DNA of 64,000 nucleotides from Longimicrobiales bacterium (GTDB lineage Bacteria; Gemmatimonadota; Gemmatimonadetes; Longimicrobiales; Gaopeijiaceae). Shown here piece by piece: positions 20,088 through 29,712 of this stretch. Below the pieces are notes generated by a model, which was not told the DNA's origin, searched no databases, and saw only the letters and a list, made by a program, of their open reading frames with translations. Numbering within the stretch: position 1 is the stretch's first letter; every line of letters starts with the position of its first letter. The position numbers were made by a program, and so were the translations under genes. The stretch lies in contig CBDAON010000003.1 of NCBI GenBank assembly GCA_965198065.1, positions 6,230 through 70,229 on the forward strand, written 5' to 3'.

Positions 20088-21104
20088 TCACCCCCCTGGC
20101 GTGAACACATCCACCAGGTCCAAGAGCTGATCGTTCTCGTCCCGCCCCCCAAACAGGTACAACCGCCCTCCCGCCGCCGCGCCCTTCAGCCCATGTCGGA
20201 AGGCGGGGGCGTCTGCCAGACGGGTCCAGCTATCTGTGGCGGGGTCATAGACCTCCGTCGCGTTGGGCGGGAATGCCTGGGAACCCCCTTCCGCGGCCGG
20301 CCCGGTCGCGTAAATCTTCCCGTCGATCACGCCAATCGCGACCATCCCCCTGATGAACCTCATGGGGGCGAGATCGACCCAGGTGTCGGTCTGCGGATCG
20401 TACCTCTCGACGTGCGTGACCCCTCCCTGTGGCTGGGGCTGTTCCCCTCCAATGGCGTAGAGAACCCCGGCCACAACTGCGACCTCGCCGTCCGTACGGG
20501 GACGGTTCAAGTCCGCCGCAGAGGTCCAGCTGTTGGTTCCCGGGTCGTAAACATCCACCCACGAGAGGCTGTTGTCCCCCGTCTGCCCTCCGACCACGTA
20601 GATCTTTCCCCCCAACAGGCCCGCCTGCGGGCCGTGACGCGCCCGGGGCATTGAGGCCCAGGTGGTCCAGGTATCGGTTGCGGGATCGTACCTCTCGTTC
20701 GTGTCCAGCGGCGGGCAACACCCACCGAGCAAGAAGATCTTCCCGTCCACAACGGCGGTCGCCATTTCGTTCCTGGCGGTCGGCATCGTAGCTCCTGTGC
20801 TCCAGGAGTCGGTCAAGGGATCGTAGATCTCGACAACCGAGATCTCGTTGGCTTCGGCTCCCTGCCCCCCGAAGACGTAGATTCGCTGGTTCACCTCCGC
20901 CGTTCCGACAACCGACCTGGGCGTGGGCATGGGCGTCCCCGTCGCCCAACTCCCGCAGCCCACCTCACAGGCGTTCGGGTCCTCAAGCTGCTCGCCTTCG
21001 CCGACCTCTTCCCCTCCCGTCGGCCCGCTGCTGTCGCACCCGCCGAGGGCGACGAGGGTGAGCAGAAGCAGGAAACTCCGGGCCATCCTTTCCGGGGGGC
21101 TCAC
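20088..21104 (-). CDS. Kelch-repeat lipoprotein
   Basis: Lipobox LVALGGC. Six repeats of the type G.IYV.GG......VE.YDP.TD.W. Confidence 0.8.
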   Translation of the reverse strand: MSPPERMARSFLLLLTLVALGGCDSSGPTGGEEVGEGEQLEDPNACEVGCGSWATGTPMPTPRSVVGTAEVNQRIYVFGGQGAEANEISVVEIYDPLTDSWSTGATMPTARNEMATAVVDGKIFLLGGCCPPLDTNERYDPATDTWTTWASMPRARHGPQAGLLGGKIYVVGGQTGDNSLSWVDVYDPGTNSWTSAADLNRPRTDGEVAVVAGVLYAIGGEQPQPQGGVTHVERYDPQTDTWVDLAPMRFIRGMVAIGVIDGKIYATGPAAEGGSQAFPPNATEVYDPATDSWTRLADAPAFRHGLKGAAAGGRLYLFGGRDENDQLLDLVDVFTPGG

Positions 21105-21147
21105 TGTGCCATCCTCCCTGCCCCAACTCTTCGAAGAACGTTCTGCG

Positions 21148-21699
21148 CTAGAGAGCTGAGAGCCACGGTGAGTTAAGGACGTGCAGGATTAGAACGGTGC
21201 CCACGATCGCGAGCGGCCTGCCGCCGAACGACTGATCAGCCTTCGACCGCCGCCAGTAATACCCGAGAAGTGCGGCCACAAGGCCCAACTCCAGGAACCA
21301 CCACCCGACCGGTAGCGACCTCCAAAGCCCCATTCCCAAGTGCACCTCGGAACGGGGCCATAGGGCCAGGTCAGCAGGGTGCATAGGGAGGTCCAGGATG
21401 AAGTGGGAGAAGACAGCGGCACACATCACGATCATGACCCTGCCACCAAATCGAAGAAACAGGAGACCGAACATGACCGACAGGACCACAGAGCTCAGTA
21501 AAGAATGGGACCAGTCGATGTAGTCCAAAGAAAATCCAGGAGACTGGCCAGGGGTTAGCGAAACCCGTTCGATACCTATCAGCACGAGTGGGCCGAAGAG
21601 GATATCAAGCACCCCAACCCCCAGGAGGATGCCCCAGGTCGGAGCCTCGGGGACCTTACCTTTCAGGGCCAACCCAGCCGCAAAGTGCCCGGCGTACAC
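21148..21699 (-). CDS. Polytopic membrane protein, family not recognised
   Basis: 183 aa, 5-6 hydrophobic segments, His-rich loops (FSHFILDLPMH). Confidence 0.5.
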   Translation of the reverse strand: MYAGHFAAGLALKGKVPEAPTWGILLGVGVLDILFGPLVLIGIERVSLTPGQSPGFSLDYIDWSHSLLSSVVLSVMFGLLFLRFGGRVMIVMCAAVFSHFILDLPMHPADLALWPRSEVHLGMGLWRSLPVGWWFLELGLVAALLGYYWRRSKADQSFGGRPLAIVGTVLILHVLNSPWLSAL

Positions 21700-22097
21700 C
21701 TCAGTGGTCCTTAATGTTTTGTGCGAGGCCGGTCTAACCAGGCCAGGATCGGTACCGGTACCAAGAACGAAATCAGGACGAACAAAGCAAGGCCAACGGG
21801 CGTCATTATCGCTCCCAGCGGATCTCGCGCACGAGGCGCTTCAGAGGATTTTCGGAGGATCGCTCTTGATCCCGCACTGCTAGAGGAGACGGGAACTGCG
21901 CCCGCCGTGAAGCTAAGCCACAAAGTGCTCGACGATTCGGCGTGCTGCAAGAAAATGAGGAGACCACTACGCGTCCAGAGACAGGGGCAGCGGAGAACCG
22001 GCCCCCCTCCTTGGGTCCCATCCTAGAGACCACGTATTATTACGTTTGAGTCTCTCGTAGGGGTGCAAGTCTTGTCTCGGAGAGGAGACCAAGCACG

Positions 22098-23045
22098 ATG
22101 GCGAAGATTATCGCGGTGATGGGTGCGACAGGTGCCCAAGGTGGGGGGCTTGCGAGGGCCATCCTAGGAGACCGAAACGGTGAATTCTCAGTTCGCGCGG
22201 TGACCCGCGATCCTCAGTCTGACAAGGCCAAGGCATTGGCTGCCCAGGGGGCCGAAGTGGCGAGGGCGGATCTCGACGACCCCGCAAGCCTCCGGGCCGC
22301 GTTCATGGGAGCATACGGAGCGTTCTGCGTGACCAACTTCTGGGAGCATTTCTCCGGAAAGAAGGAAACCCAGCAGGCTAAGGCGATGGCGGAAGCGGCT
22401 CACGCCACGGGTATCCAGCACACGATCTGGTCCACATTCGAGGATACGCGGGAGTCTGTGCCGCTCGACGACGACCGCATGCCGACGATCCAAGACGAAT
22501 ATAAAGTCGCCCACTTCGACGCTAAGGCGGCGGCGAACCACTTCTTCACCGATCTAGGCGTCCCGACAACGTTCCTCCTGTCCTCGGGTTACTTTGAGAA
22601 CCTGATCTCGTTCGGGTGGGGACCACAGCGGGGACCGGACGGTCAACTCATCGTGGTGTTCCCGCTCTACGAAGTAAAGATGCCGATGATCGCGGCCGAA
22701 GATATCGGAAAGTGTGCTTTAGGAATTCTCAAGAGACCGGGCGAGTACATCGGCAAAACCGTCGGCATTTCCGGCGAGCACGTGAGCGGTGTTGAGATGG
22801 CCAGTGCGTTGTCAGAAGCCCTCGGAAAGACCGTCACCTATCAAGCCGTCCCACCGGACGTCTACCGCGGGTTCGAGTTCCCGGGCGCCGAGGACGTGGG
22901 GAACATGTTCCAGTTCAAGCATGACTTCGCGGATCTCTACCAGGGCAATCGGAGCGTGGAGGAGAGTCGCAGGCTCAATCCTGAGCTTCTCGGCTTCAAG
23001 GAATGGCTGCGTCATAACGCGGACCGGATTCCCGTGCCGGAATAG
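22098..23045 (+). CDS. NmrA-family NAD(P)-binding protein
   Basis: MAKIIAVMGATGAQGGGLARAIL Rossmann start; overall NmrA-like length and layout. Confidence 0.85.
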   Translation: MAKIIAVMGATGAQGGGLARAILGDRNGEFSVRAVTRDPQSDKAKALAAQGAEVARADLDDPASLRAAFMGAYGAFCVTNFWEHFSGKKETQQAKAMAEAAHATGIQHTIWSTFEDTRESVPLDDDRMPTIQDEYKVAHFDAKAAANHFFTDLGVPTTFLLSSGYFENLISFGWGPQRGPDGQLIVVFPLYEVKMPMIAAEDIGKCALGILKRPGEYIGKTVGISGEHVSGVEMASALSEALGKTVTYQAVPPDVYRGFEFPGAEDVGNMFQFKHDFADLYQGNRSVEESRRLNPELLGFKEWLRHNADRIPVPE

Positions 23046-23094
23046 GGTGCGGCCAAGGCTGGAGGGATGGGGCCAGATCCTCGGGGGAGGCCAC

Positions 23095-23511
23095 ATGACT
23101 GGAAGACCGCTGGTTCGTGCGATCGCGGTGCTGTGAGTGTCGCTCGCCATCGTCGGATGCGGAGACGACGGTGTTGGCCCTGAGAACTCCTTCACGGGAC
23201 GGTACGATCTGATCTCGGTCAATGGTGAGAGCGTGCCATATGTGATGGCCCAGGTGGGTAACCACGCGCTGGAGATGACGGCCGGATTCCTTCAGCTAAA
23301 CAACGACGAGACGTTCAGCACTGCGGGCACTTTCCGTGAAACTGTCGGTGGGAGCGTCTCGACGTACCATCAGCCGGCCTCAGGGTCTTGGACACGAACC
23401 GGCGATCAGGTGAGCCTAACCTACTCGAATGGCAGCGTGGACACGGCGGTGGTCAGCGGGAACCAGCTCACGGTCACATCGGACGGGGTGTCCTTCGTCT
23501 TCCGTAAGTAG
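23095..23511 (+). pseudogene. Small lipoprotein with in-frame TGA inside the signal peptide
   Basis: GGGGGAGG then ATG at 23095. Translation is MTGRPLVRAIAVL-TGA(23134-23136)-VSLAIVGCGDD. The GTG 23137 start would leave no n-region before the lipobox. Confidence 0.6.
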
Positions 23512-23649
23512 CGTGAGATATGGTCCCCCGCGCCCGCGGCCTCCGTATTTGCCGGTCGATCGGCTTGTGGCACGTTAGACTGCTGAGAAGCAGCAGAATA
23601 GGTAGCTAGGCCGCTCCTCAAGAGTGACTCCATCCGAAAGGGGACCTGC

Positions 23650-24285
23650 ATGAGCGCAGCTGAGAGACCCAGCATCAAGCCGACACCCGACGGCCCCTAC
23701 CTGGTGAAGGGCCTGCAGCGCCTCTCCAACCAGAGGGGACCCATCGAGGCCCGTGATACGATGGCGCTCTGTTGCTGCGGGGGGTCGGCCAACAAGCCGT
23801 TCTGCGATGGAACACATGCGAAGATTGGATTCTCCTCGGCGAAGCTCCAAGACCGCGTACCGGACAAGCGAGAAGACTACACTGCTGGGAAGATCACCAT
23901 CCACGACAACCGGGGGATTTGCGCTCATGCCGGGCGTTGCACCGATGGACTTGCCTCCGTGTTCCGCTTGAAGCAGGAGCCGTGGATCGAGCCCCAGGGG
24001 GCGACCGCAGATCAGATTGTCGAGACTATCCGGAAATGCCCGTCCGGAGCGCTGAGCTACACGGTCGATGGCGAGGAGCACCGGGACCGCGAGGGCCCTC
24101 CGGCGATCCTCGTGTCACCGAACGGCCCTCACGTCGTTACGGGTGGACCGGACCTTCTCGACACGCCGCGCGGACAGGGTGCTTCGCTGGAGCATTTCAC
24201 ACTCTGTCGGTGCGGCGGATCGAAGAACAAGCCGTTCTGCGATGGTTCGCACTGGTACAACAACTTCTGTGACGACGAAAACTGA
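23650..24285 (+). CDS. Two-CDGSH iron-sulfur domain protein with a central Cys-rich (Fe-S-like) domain
   Basis: CCCGGSANKPFCDGTH and CRCGGSKNKPFCDGSH flank ICAHAGRCTD..CPSGAL. Confidence 0.85.
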   Translation: MSAAERPSIKPTPDGPYLVKGLQRLSNQRGPIEARDTMALCCCGGSANKPFCDGTHAKIGFSSAKLQDRVPDKREDYTAGKITIHDNRGICAHAGRCTDGLASVFRLKQEPWIEPQGATADQIVETIRKCPSGALSYTVDGEEHRDREGPPAILVSPNGPHVVTGGPDLLDTPRGQGASLEHFTLCRCGGSKNKPFCDGSHWYNNFCDDEN

Positions 24286-24566
24286 GCTAAGTGATTCGAA
24301 AGGAGCGGCATAACAGGCGATTGCTGCAGTCTAGGCGGTCGTACCGTAGCCTCGACGCCAATCTGTGCTCCGCGTATTCTGTGAGCGAGGCTCTCGGCGC
24401 TGGGTCGGCGTTCGGTGCCGATGACCAACTCAAAAATCGGCCCGGCGACTCACGGAGGCGTCTGTCATGCGTGCCACAGTGTTGCTAGCCGGCGGTGAAC
24501 TGCGCGATACGATCTGCCCACCCAGGCGTGTAGCGCCCGACTCATCATCCAACACAAGCGCAACAC

Positions 24567-25109
24567 ATGCGAAGACTCCTGATCGCAACATCCTTTGCGG
24601 TGACCGCAGGGCTGTCCGTGCCCGTATCTCACCTTCAAGCACAGGCGGACGAGCCCTTCGAGTTTGCCCTGTTCAGCCCGATTCAGATGCGCGGCCCGGA
24701 CACGGCCATCAACGTGTTCCGGTTGTCCCTGCTCTATGGAGAGAACGCATCGGTCAAAGGCCTCGACGTAGGCGTTGTGTCTCGGAACACGGGCGGAGAG
24801 TCGAAGGGGCTCCAGTATTCTGTCGTAGCCTACGTGCAGGGAGACTTTGTCGGGTGGCAAAACGCGTGGCTCGTTGGGGTGGTTGATGGGACTTTCACGG
24901 GTCTTCAAGGGCCGGCGGGTTATAATCACGCCGCTGCTGGAGAGGTCTTTCAGGTGGGGCTGGTAAACACTGCGGACGACGTGTCAGGCTTTCAGCTCGG
25001 GGTCGTGAACATCGCGGAAAACCTGAACGGCCTTCAGATCGGTCTCGTGAATATAATTGAGAGCAAGACGACCTTCTCGTTCCTGCCCATCGTGAACTGG
25101 TCCTTCTAG
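24567..25109 (+). CDS. Secreted G-x-Q-x-G-x-x-N repeat protein, paralog A
   Basis: Signal peptide ..HLQAQA. Repeats GLQYSV, GLQGPAGYN, GFQLGVVN, GLQIGLVN. C-terminal FLPIVNWSF. Confidence 0.7.
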   Translation: MRRLLIATSFAVTAGLSVPVSHLQAQADEPFEFALFSPIQMRGPDTAINVFRLSLLYGENASVKGLDVGVVSRNTGGESKGLQYSVVAYVQGDFVGWQNAWLVGVVDGTFTGLQGPAGYNHAAAGEVFQVGLVNTADDVSGFQLGVVNIAENLNGLQIGLVNIIESKTTFSFLPIVNWSF

Positions 25110-25174
25110 CTGCTCAGTCGAAGGAGGAGTCCCGAGCTCGTGTAGCGCGCGACTCATCATCTAACACAGGCGCA

Positions 25175-25720
25175 ATGATGAGAAGACTCCTGATCTCAGC
25201 ATCCCTAGCGGTGACTGCCGGGTTGTCCGCACCCGCATCCCACCTTCAGGCCCAGACGATCGAGCCCTTCGAGTTTGCCTTGTTCAGTCCACTTCAGATA
25301 CGCGGCCCGGACACAAACATCAATTTCATCCGGTTGTCGTTGCTCTATGGAGAGAACGTGTCGGTCAGAGGCCTCGACGTGGGCCTCCTATCTTGGAACA
25401 CGGGCGGAGAGTCGGAGGGGCTCCAGTATTCGCTCATAGGCTACGTGCAGGGAGACTTCGTCGGGTGGCAAAGCGCCTGGCTCGCCGGAATAGTTGACGG
25501 GACTTTCACGGGTCTTCAAGGACCGGCAGGCTACAATCACGCCGCCACCGGAAGAGTCTTTCAGATAGGGTTCGGAAACACCGCTGACGACGTCTCAGGC
25601 GTTCAGTTCGGGCTCGTTAACGTCGCTGAAAACTTGCGCGGCGTTCAGATCGGTCTCATGAACATCATCGAAAGCAAGACCACGTTCTCGTTCCTGCCGA
25701 TCGTGAACTGGTCCTTCTAG
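25175..25720 (+). CDS. Secreted G-x-Q-x-G-x-x-N repeat protein, paralog B
   Basis: By eye ~80% identical to paralog A over its full length; same C-terminus FLPIVNWSF. Confidence 0.7.
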   Translation: MMRRLLISASLAVTAGLSAPASHLQAQTIEPFEFALFSPLQIRGPDTNINFIRLSLLYGENVSVRGLDVGLLSWNTGGESEGLQYSLIGYVQGDFVGWQSAWLAGIVDGTFTGLQGPAGYNHAATGRVFQIGFGNTADDVSGVQFGLVNVAENLRGVQIGLMNIIESKTTFSFLPIVNWSF

Positions 25721-25773
25721 CTGCTCTGTCGAAGGAGGAATCCCAGCGCCTGCTTTGCAGAGAGGAACGCAAG

Positions 25774-26812
25774 ATGAGAGTCAGAGGATACGCTGCCCAC
25801 GGTCCGGATCAGGTGCTCGAGCCCTTCGAGTTCGATCGACGGTCGCCGGGCGCGAAGGACGTCGAGATCCGGATCGAGTACTGCGGCATCTGCCACTCGG
25901 ACATCCACTTCGCCCGGAACGAGTGGGGCATGAGCACGTACCCCTGTGTGCCCGGACACGAGATAGTTGGGCGCGTGACAACGGTCGGCAGCCGCGTGAT
26001 AGACTACGAGGCCGGCGACTTGGTGGGCGTCGGATGTCTCGTGAACTCGTGTCGGATCTGCGGAAGCTGCAAGGAAGGCCTCGAAAACTTCTGCGAGAGG
26101 GGCTTCACCTTGACCTACGGCAGCGTGGGCGGCGACGGCGTGCCTACGTATGGGGGATATTCGACCCATATCGTGGTGGACGAAGACTTCGTGGTGAGAG
26201 TGCCGGACGGCCTCGACGCGGCGGCCACGGCGCCGCTCCTTTGCGCCGGCATCACAACGTACTCGCCCCTTCGGCACGTTGGCCTTTCGAAAGGTGACCG
26301 CATCGCGGTACTCGGGCTCGGCGGCTTGGGGCACATGGCGGTCAAGCTTGCTCACTCGATGGAAGCTGAGGTGGCGGTGTTCAGCCGATCGCCTTCGAAG
26401 GAGGCAGGCGCGAAGAGCCTCGGCGCCGACCACTTCATCCTGACCGCCGCGCCCGATGCCTTCAATTCATATCAGGGGCATTTCGACTTCATTCTCAACA
26501 CGGTCGGAGCGGAGCACGACCTAATGGGACCGCTCAATACCCTCCGCCGAGACGGGACCATGATCATGGTCGGCGCGCCCCCCAACGCCCTTCCCCTGCC
26601 GACAACGCCGCTCCGCATGGGACGTCGGACGATCATGGGATCCTTGATTGGGGGGCTTCAAGAGACGCAGGAGATGCTGGACTACTGTGCGGATCATGGG
26701 ATCGTCAGCGAGATCGAGAGGATCGGCCCGACCCAAATCAACGAGGCCTACCAAACGCACTCTGGCCTCGGACGTGAAGTTCCGGTTCGTCATCGACTGC
26801 AAGCAGATGTGA
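25774..26812 (+). CDS. Zn-dependent NAD(P) alcohol dehydrogenase (cinnamyl-ADH/YahK-like) with 3'-terminal frameshift
   Basis: GICHSDIH, GHEIVG, GLGGLGHMAVK. After EAYQ the track frame is junk, while the alternative frame reads RTLASDVKFRFVIDCKQM-stop (26810-26812). The switch is at the AAA run 26753-26755. Confidence 0.85.
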
Positions 26813-26920
26813 CAGAGTTAGGCGTCTCTTGATCTTGGACGGTCAATTGAAGTACGGAGAAACGATCGCAGCGTCGTAGCAGAGCTCCTGGAAAGCTCGC
26901 GGCGCGCTCGCGAACCAGAC

Positions 26921-27070
26921 TCCGTTCTCGAAAATGGGCCGCCTATTCAGCTAACCGTCCTTTCGATCAGCGAGCTGTTGAGACAGGAGGGCGACCTGCA
27001 ACTCGACTCGCTTGATGTCCCCTGCTAGGGCTAGGCGTGCCATCTCGAGCCAGTACCAGACCTTAACGGC
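26921..27070. repeat. ~150-bp direct repeat, copy 1
   Basis: Nearly identical by eye to 27601..27750 (CCGTTCTCG.AAATGGGCCGCCTAT.CAGCTAACCGTCC...CAGTACCAGACCTT). Confidence 0.8.
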
Positions 27071-27075
27071 CGTGC
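26951..27075 (-). pseudogene. Duplicated 3' fragment of the DUF6768-like gene
   Basis: Encodes ..VKVWYWLEMARLALAGDIKRVELQVALLSQQLADRKDG, matching the C-terminus of 27631..28029. Confidence 0.6.
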
Positions 27076-27146
27076 CTTCGCAAGCTCGTGCCCCGCACGA
27101 GCGAGAATAGACCGAAGTCAGCTTCTGGTCCAGCTCGGTCAGCTCT

Positions 27147-27500
27147 CTAGGCGGCCACACCCTTGGGGTTCGCACCGTATTGATTCTCACCCGGCTGGCT
27201 GTCAAACAGCATGAGCACAGAGAGCCAGATCGCCCCAATGATCGGGATGAGACTCAAGAGGAACCACCAGCCGCTTCGGTCGGTGTCATGCAATCGCCGC
27301 ACCCCGACAGCCACGCTCGGCGTTGCGACGAAAAGCCCAAAGAACAAGGCCGCCACTGAGCCAACCTCCGCCGGCAAGCCGAGGGTTAGGAGGATCTGCA
27401 CGGTGGTGTTGACCAGCACAAACGTCCAGTACTCCCTACGGCGAGCCCGTCCAGAAAACACGAGGTACTTCGTCAGAGCTTCGAGGTACCAGTGCATCAT
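27147..27500 (-). CDS. DUF805 (YhaH/YhaI-like) inner-membrane protein
   Basis: FSGRARRREYWTF, VGVRRLHDTDRSGWW and NQYGANP are hallmark DUF805 motifs. Confidence 0.85.
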   Translation of the reverse strand: MMHWYLEALTKYLVFSGRARRREYWTFVLVNTTVQILLTLGLPAEVGSVAALFFGLFVATPSVAVGVRRLHDTDRSGWWFLLSLIPIIGAIWLSVLMLFDSQPGENQYGANPKGVAA

Positions 27501-27600
27501 CCGCCTCCTCTAACTTCGCCTTGGTTCGCCTCCCCGCCGCGGCACTGCGGCTGCAGATGCAACGTCGTGCCTTTGATCGCGGCGAACTCACGAGCCGGAC

Positions 27601-27750
27601 CCCGTTCTCGGAAATGGGCCGCCTATCCAGCTAACCGTCCTTTCGATCAGCGAGCTGTTGAGACAGGAGGGCGACCTGTAACTCGACTCGCTTGATGTCC
27701 CGTGCTAGGGCTAGGCGTGCCATCTCGAGCCAGTACCAGACCTTGATCGC
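27601..27750. repeat. ~150-bp direct repeat, copy 2
   Basis: See 26921..27070. This copy is the 3' end and downstream flank of the intact gene 27631..28029. Confidence 0.8.
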
Positions 27751-28029
27751 CGTCACTGTTCCCAGGCACAAAGCAGCCGCGCCACCCCAGATCAACATGG
27801 AGAGCTGGTCGCTCGCTTGGAGAAACCGCAACACTGAGAGTATCGCCGCGCCGAAGAACAGAACGTTCGCGGCTACGCCGCCGATGGCCACGAGACGTCG
27901 ACGACCACGGAAGGTCTCGGAGAGAAGCTCTGCAGTCGATTGTTCCCCGAAGTGATCAAGCAGCTCCACATCGTCCTTACCCAGTGCTTCTTGGATGAGG
28001 CGGTCCAGTTCTTTCGTGGGCTCCGTCAT
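27631..28029 (-). CDS. Two-TM protein coupled to an ECF sigma factor (DUF6768-like, putative anti-sigma; tentative)
   Basis: Its ATG overlaps the sigma stop as ATGA (28026-28029). It has a soluble N-terminus, two TM helices and a C-terminal coiled segment. Confidence 0.6.
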   Translation of the reverse strand: MTEPTKELDRLIQEALGKDDVELLDHFGEQSTAELLSETFRGRRRLVAIGGVAANVLFFGAAILSVLRFLQASDQLSMLIWGGAAALCLGTVTAIKVWYWLEMARLALARDIKRVELQVALLSQQLADRKDG

Positions 28030-28543
28030 ATTTCCTCCGTGAGGATGGTGCGAAGGGCGGCTCGTGCGTGGAAGAGTCGAGACTTGACGGTCCCAACCGG
28101 GATCGAGAGAGCCTCAGCGATGTCTCGAAGGGACATGTCTTCCAAGTATAACCAGGTCAGGATGAGGCGTTGGTCGGGCTCGAGCTGCGCGATGCTGTCG
28201 CGGATCTGCGCAACTGTTCCCTTCGCCGTGACCGCTTCATTGGCCGTTTCAGGCGGTGGTGCGGCGACTGAAGCTCGGCGCGAACTTGCTCGCGACGCAC
28301 CCAGTCTCTCGCCTTATTGGCTACTATCCGATACGCCCAGGGGCGGAATCGTGTGGGATCGTCCAGCGTCGAGATTCCCTTGATTATCGCCATCCAGCTT
28401 TCTTGGGTAATGTCACGAGCCGCGTCGGCATTCTTGGTGTACCGAAGGCCATGGCTAAGCAGACGAGGCTGCCATCGTTCGACCAGACGCCGGAATGCGT
28501 CGGGCTCGCCAGCCTGGCATTGTTTGGAGCACCAGGTATTCAT
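28026..28543 (-). pseudogene. ECF (sigma-70 family) sigma factor with one frameshift
   Basis: Region 2 is in the track ORF (DAARDITQESWMAI..FRPWAYRIVANKARDW). Region 4 is in another frame by my translation (LEPDQRLILTWLYLEDMSLRDIAEALSIPVGTVKSRLFHARAAL). The switch is near 28260. Confidence 0.8.
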
Positions 28544-28721
28544 CGATGACCTCAGAGGGCCTTCGGTTCTTCATCTAAGCTTAGAGTCGTAGCAGCCCGG
28601 CATTTAGTTCAAAGCACGCGGCGCAGGGATGATCACAGAGCGTTCGACCTGACCGTTCCTGGGTGGAGAGCTGGCGAGTACCAGTTGTTCCCCGTACCCG
28701 GTCATCAGGAGTAATCCACTC

Positions 28722-28913
28722 ATGAGAGTCGTATCGAACGTCGTCGGCGTGTTCTTGATCCTGATCGGGGCGATCTGGTTCCTTCAGGGGATCAATATCC
28801 TGCTCGGCAGTCCGATGAGCGGCCAGCTGCAGTGGTCGGTCTGGGGAATCCTCGCTGCCGTCGTTGGCGTGGGTCTGCTCATCTACGCCAACAGGAGGCG
28901 GGACCCTGTTTAA
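28722..28913 (+). CDS. Small two-TM membrane protein
   Basis: 63 aa, two clear hydrophobic helices, AGGAG 8 nt upstream of the ATG. Confidence 0.5.
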   Translation: MRVVSNVVGVFLILIGAIWFLQGINILLGSPMSGQLQWSVWGILAAVVGVGLLIYANRRRDPV

Positions 28914-28955
28914 CCCAGACGAACGCTCCCTTTCGCAGCAAGACTCCAAGCCAGA

Positions 28956-29339
28956 TTGCAGAGACCCTCAGGGGGGGACGAGCTCGTGAGCCAAGCAGAA
29001 CAAGACCGTCGTGTGGACTACATCGAGTTCCGGACCAAGAACATTGAAGAGACCAAGAGGTTTTACTCACAGGTTTTCGCCTGGGAGTTCACTGATTACG
29101 GTCCCGATTACACGAGCTTCACGGACGGTCGGCTAGGTGGTGGTTTCAGTGTAGCACCGGAAGTTCAGGCAGGCGGTCCATTAGTCGTGCTTTATTCCAC
29201 GAACCTGGCAGAGATCGAAGCCCGAATCACCGAGAGCGGGGGCCAGATCGTCCAGGAAACATTCGAGTTTCCAGGCGGACGCCGATTTCACTTCACCGAT
29301 CCTAGCGGAAACGAGTTGGCAGTCTGGTCAGATCAATAG
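28956..29339 (+). CDS. VOC (glyoxalase/bleomycin-resistance fold) family protein
   Basis: VDYIEFRTKNIEETKRFYSQVFAWEF..FEFPGGRRFHFTDPSGNELAVWS. The exact start is uncertain. Confidence 0.8.
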   Translation: MQRPSGGDELVSQAEQDRRVDYIEFRTKNIEETKRFYSQVFAWEFTDYGPDYTSFTDGRLGGGFSVAPEVQAGGPLVVLYSTNLAEIEARITESGGQIVQETFEFPGGRRFHFTDPSGNELAVWSDQ

Positions 29340-29543
29340 AATTCGGCCAAGCTGACTCACGCGTTGGGGACGGTGGCGGAAGGTAAGATTGCTGACCTGG
29401 TGCTGCTTGGTGCCAACCCCTTGGAGGACATCCGCAACACAACAGAGATCCGAGCGGTCGTTCGCGACGGCCGCCTCTATGACCGAGCCGCTCTCGACCG
29501 CATGCTGAGCGAGATTGCCCAAAAAGCTGAAGGCTCTCGGTGA
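29340..29543 (+). pseudogene. C-terminal relic of an amidohydrolase
   Basis: No start codon. My translation is GTVAEGKIADLVLLGANPLEDIRNTTEIRAVVRDGRLYDRAALD, the typical amidohydrolase tail. It follows the VOC TAG stop in the same frame. Confidence 0.6.
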
Positions 29544-29712
29544 AGAAGCAGCCAACGCAGCATACTGGCCCCGGTGAGCGGTAACGCCTGATGGGTACTG
29601 AAACCCGCGACATGGTTTACAGAAGGGGAGGAGGTACTCCCCAGAGACGCGGGGGTCCTCGGTCCTCCGCGGGGCGGTCGGGACCCTCGCCGGCGGAGCC
29701 ACCGCGGCTCTA

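Larger units (their letters stand above)
24527..25745. repeat. Tandem duplication, two ~610-bp units each holding one gene plus its flanks
   Basis: The upstream leader (CGTGTAGCGC.CGACTCATCAT..), the coding region and the post-stop TAGCTGCTC.GTCGAAGGAGGA are all repeated at 24527 and 25139. Confidence 0.8.
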
